Below, piece after piece: positions 61,747-64,000 of a stretch of DNA of 64,000 nucleotides. A program made the translations under genes and the position numbers. The DNA is from an uncultured Chitinophagaceae bacterium (GTDB lineage Bacteria; Bacteroidota; Ignavibacteria; UBA10030; UBA8401). The notes below the pieces were generated by a model, which saw only the letters and a list, made by a program, of their open reading frames with translations, ran no database searches and was not told where the DNA came from. The DNA lies in assembly GCA_964355925.1 (NCBI GenBank), contig CAYHFN010000005.1, forward strand, positions 50,706 to 114,705. Direction: 5' to 3'. Positions within the stretch are counted from its first letter, which is position 1. Every line of letters begins with the position of its first letter.

Positions 61747-62688
61747 ATGACAAATCGAGTAACACAACTCTTCAAGATTAACTTTCCGATTGTTCAGGCA
61801 GGAATGGTTTGGGTTTCAGGGTGGAAATTGGCTTCCACTGTTTCCAATGCCGGTGCTCTAGGGCTGATCGGTGCTGGTTCTATGAAACCGGATCTGCTTC
61901 GTGAACACATTCAAAAAACTGCTTCTGCAACTTCCGCACCATTCGGTGTGAACATTCCTCTGCTTCGCGGTGATATCGATGATCTGATAGCGGTTATTCA
62001 AGAAGAGAAAGTAAAAATTGTGTTTACTGCAGCCGGACATCCTGGTCGTCATATAGAAAAATTTAAAAAATCGGGAAGTATTGTTGTTCACGTTATTGCA
62101 AATGTTAAGCAGGCACTCAAAGCGGAAGAATGCGGCTGTGATGCAATTGTTGCAGAGGGATTTGAAGCAGGCGGACATAATGGGCTTGATGAAATTACAA
62201 CGATGGCACTTGTTCCACAGATTGTTGATACCGTTAAGATTCCGGTGATTGCTGCCGGGGGAATTGCCGATGGTCGAGGAATGATGGCTGCATTTGCTTT
62301 GGGTGCAGAAGGAGTTCAGATCGGGACTCGTTTTGCGGCAACAATAGAATCTTCAGCACATGAAGTGTATAAACAAAAAATTGTTGAAGCGGCTGATGGG
62401 GATACCATCATAACCTATCGGAATATTCTCCCTGTGCGTGCGGTGAAAAATCCGTTTATGGCTCTCGTGCAGAAAGAGGAAACACAAAAAGGAATGACAA
62501 AAGAGAGAATGATGGAACTTCATGCTAAAGGTCGCGAGAGGAAAGGAATTTTTGAAGGAAATTGGGAAGAAGGAGAGATGGAAATGGGACAAAGTTCCGG
62601 ATTGATTCACGATATAGTAAGTGCAAAAGAAGTCGTTGATCGTTTGATGAAGGAATTTGAAGAAACAAAACGCAAACTGTTATTTTAG
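61747..62688 (+). CDS. fabK: FabK / nitronate monooxygenase family FMN enzyme (probable enoyl-ACP reductase II)
   Basis: PIVQAGM, EGFEAGGH, AAGGIADG, GVQIGTRF motifs. Confidence 0.78.
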   Translation: MTNRVTQLFKINFPIVQAGMVWVSGWKLASTVSNAGALGLIGAGSMKPDLLREHIQKTASATSAPFGVNIPLLRGDIDDLIAVIQEEKVKIVFTAAGHPGRHIEKFKKSGSIVVHVIANVKQALKAEECGCDAIVAEGFEAGGHNGLDEITTMALVPQIVDTVKIPVIAAGGIADGRGMMAAFALGAEGVQIGTRFAATIESSAHEVYKQKIVEAADGDTIITYRNILPVRAVKNPFMALVQKEETQKGMTKERMMELHAKGRERKGIFEGNWEEGEMEMGQSSGLIHDIVSAKEVVDRLMKEFEETKRKLLF

Positions 62689-62757
62689 GTATAATGAGAA
62701 GATGGAATTGAGTTGAATGTAACAGTAAGAAATGCAACAGTAAGAAACTCCAAATTG

Positions 62758-62786
62758 TTGTAATTGATAGCAACCTTTCTTAAATT
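62758..62786 (+). promoter_or_regulatory. Sigma70-type promoter of the metH leader
   Basis: TTGTAA-17 nt-TAAATT, ending 6 nt before riboswitch P1. Confidence 0.65.
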
Positions 62787-62792
62787 GTCACA

Positions 62793-62901
62793 GTGGCGAT
62801 TTGAAAACGACAGCTTGCCCGCCACCTGCATCTCTCTAAAAATTATAAAAGATTTTTGGTGAACGTGTAGCCACCACAATGTGGAAATTGCTAAAGCGTC
62901 G
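62793..62901 (+). ncRNA. SAM-II riboswitch, long-loop type
   Basis: P1 GTGGC/GCCAC, GATTT, TTGC, AAATTGCTAAA, pseudoknot CGAC-A-GC / GCGTCG; upstream of metH. Confidence 0.85.
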
Positions 62902-62926
62902 AAAGGTCAATTCTTCATTGTACCCC

Positions 62927-62965
62927 GACGCAAACCCAAAAAATGCTGTTGGGGTTTTTCGTTTT
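62927..62965 (+). terminator. SAM-dependent terminator
   Basis: GACG-C-AAACCC...GGGTTT-TT-CGTT followed by T residues. Confidence 0.6.
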
Positions 62966-62968
62966 ATG

Positions 62969-63003
62969 GAGCAGTTTTCAGTGATATGTTTTAAGTAATA
63001 AGT
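62969..63003 (+). repeat. Left array of five heptads ending in AGT/TGT
   Basis: GAGCAGT TTTCAGT GATATGT TTTAAGT AATAAGT. Confidence 0.7.
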
Positions 63004-63012
63004 GGCATTATT

Positions 63013-63369
63013 ATGCAAGATTTCAAAAAACTTAAGGTTTGGGAAAAAGCACATCAGTTAACATTAGATGTGTATGCAATTACCAAAAAATTCCCAAAAG
63101 ATGAGATGTTTGCTCTAACAAGTCAAATTAGGAGAGCATCATCATCTGTTGCTGCAAATATTGCCGAAGGATGCGGTAGAAAATCCAAAAATGAATTTTC
63201 ACATTTTTTAGCAATTGCAATTGGTTCGATCAGCGAAGTTGAATATTTTCTTCTCCTTGCAAAAGATTTGAATTATATGACTCAAACAGATTATGAAAAA
63301 TTAAATAGTATGGCGAATGAAACAAAACGAATGTTAATATCCTTTCAACAAAAAGTAGAGCAACAATAA
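63013..63369 (+). CDS. Four-helix-bundle protein (23S rRNA IVS / Avd-like family)
   Basis: FKKLKVWEKA, FPKDEMFALTSQIRRASSSVAANIAEG, GSISEV motifs. Confidence 0.92.
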   Translation: MQDFKKLKVWEKAHQLTLDVYAITKKFPKDEMFALTSQIRRASSSVAANIAEGCGRKSKNEFSHFLAIAIGSISEVEYFLLLAKDLNYMTQTDYEKLNSMANETKRMLISFQQKVEQQ

Positions 63370-63403
63370 CTTACTACTTCTAACTTAAGACTTATAACTT
63401 TCC
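63369..63403 (+). repeat. Right array of five heptads starting ACTT
   Basis: ACTTACT ACTTCTA ACTTAAG ACTTATA ACTTTCC. Confidence 0.8.
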
Positions 63404-63407
63404 ACAA

Positions 63408-64000
63408 ATGAATAAAAATTTCTTACAAGTATTGAACGAAAAGATCATTGTGTTTGATGGTGCAATGGGAACGAATATCCAAACGCAAAATCTTACAGCG
63501 GATGATTTCGGCGGCGAGCATTTGAACGGCTGCAATGAATATCTTCTCATATCCAAACCATCGGCGATTGAAAAGGTACATTCAGATTTTCTTGCTTCGG
63601 GAGTTGATGTTATTGAAACCGATACATTCGGTTCATCCTCCTTGGTGCTTGGGGAATATGATCTGCAGGATCGCGCGTATGAGATTAGTAAAAAAGGTGC
63701 AGAGTTAGCAAAAAAAGTAGCGAAAGAATATTCGACTGCCGCGCATCCAAGATTTGTTGCCGGTTCGATCGGTCCAACAACAAAACTTCCATCGCTCGGA
63801 CATATTTCTTTCCGTGATATGGAAAAAACATATTACGAACAGATTGCCGGGCTTGTTGAAGGCGGAGCCGATCTGCTGATCGTAGAAACGTGTCAGGATG
63901 TTCTTCAAATTAAAGCAGCACTTGGTGCCGCGTTCGGATATTTCAAAGACAAACGGATCAAACTTCCCGTAATGGCTTCGATCACGATTGAAACTATGGG
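63408..64000 (+). CDS. metH: B12-dependent methionine synthase (5' part, runs off the window; missing from the ORF track)
   Basis: MNKNFLQVLNEKIIVFDGAMGT, GCNEYL, IETDTFG, RFVAGSIGPTTK, IVETCQD. Confidence 0.95.
   Translation, partial: MNKNFLQVLNEKIIVFDGAMGTNIQTQNLTADDFGGEHLNGCNEYLLISKPSAIEKVHSDFLASGVDVIETDTFGSSSLVLGEYDLQDRAYEISKKGAELAKKVAKEYSTAAHPRFVAGSIGPTTKLPSLGHISFRDMEKTYYEQIAGLVEGGADLLIVETCQDVLQIKAALGAAFGYFKDKRIKLPVMASITIETM

Noticed and set aside
62685-63054. Two short minus-strand ORFs in the fabK-metH gap
   Set aside because: They overlap the SAM-II riboswitch and its promoter; no coding signal
63013-63369. Diversity-generating retroelement (because of the Avd-like protein)
   Set aside because: No reverse transcriptase or TR/VR repeat pair in the window

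Overview
AT-rich chromosomal window from an FCB-group bacterium, most likely Ignavibacteria-like. This is inferred from the T9SS C-terminal tail 'SLSQNYPNPFNPSTTI', a BtuG-type lipoprotein, a SAM-II long-loop riboswitch and the use of Shine-Dalgarno sites. It holds about 55 genes, mostly housekeeping: tyrS, smpB, guaA, uvrC, aroK/aroB/aroE, murA, ligA, dut, rsmI, prmA, iscS, and a 5' fragment of metH that is absent from the ORF track. No rRNA, tRNA, CRISPR array, prophage or transposase was seen. The unusual content is mainly non-coding or at residue level. (1) A B12-uptake locus (DUF6580 - btuB - btuG) is gated by two serial cobalamin riboswitches, each with a readable terminator/antiterminator. 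(2) A four-helix-bundle (23S-IVS/Avd-like) gene sits between a SAM-II riboswitch and metH, flanked by two mirror-spaced arrays of five 7-nt repeats. (3) An ORF-less element with similar mirrored repeats lies before uvrC. (4) A probable short 6S RNA lies before murA. (5) A NanE homologue has lost its catalytic Lys. (6) A DipZ-like thioredoxin carries SxxS instead of CxxC. (7) Two tandem paralogues have a TPR / TerB-like / receiver architecture. All product calls come from motif recognition by eye; no database search was run.
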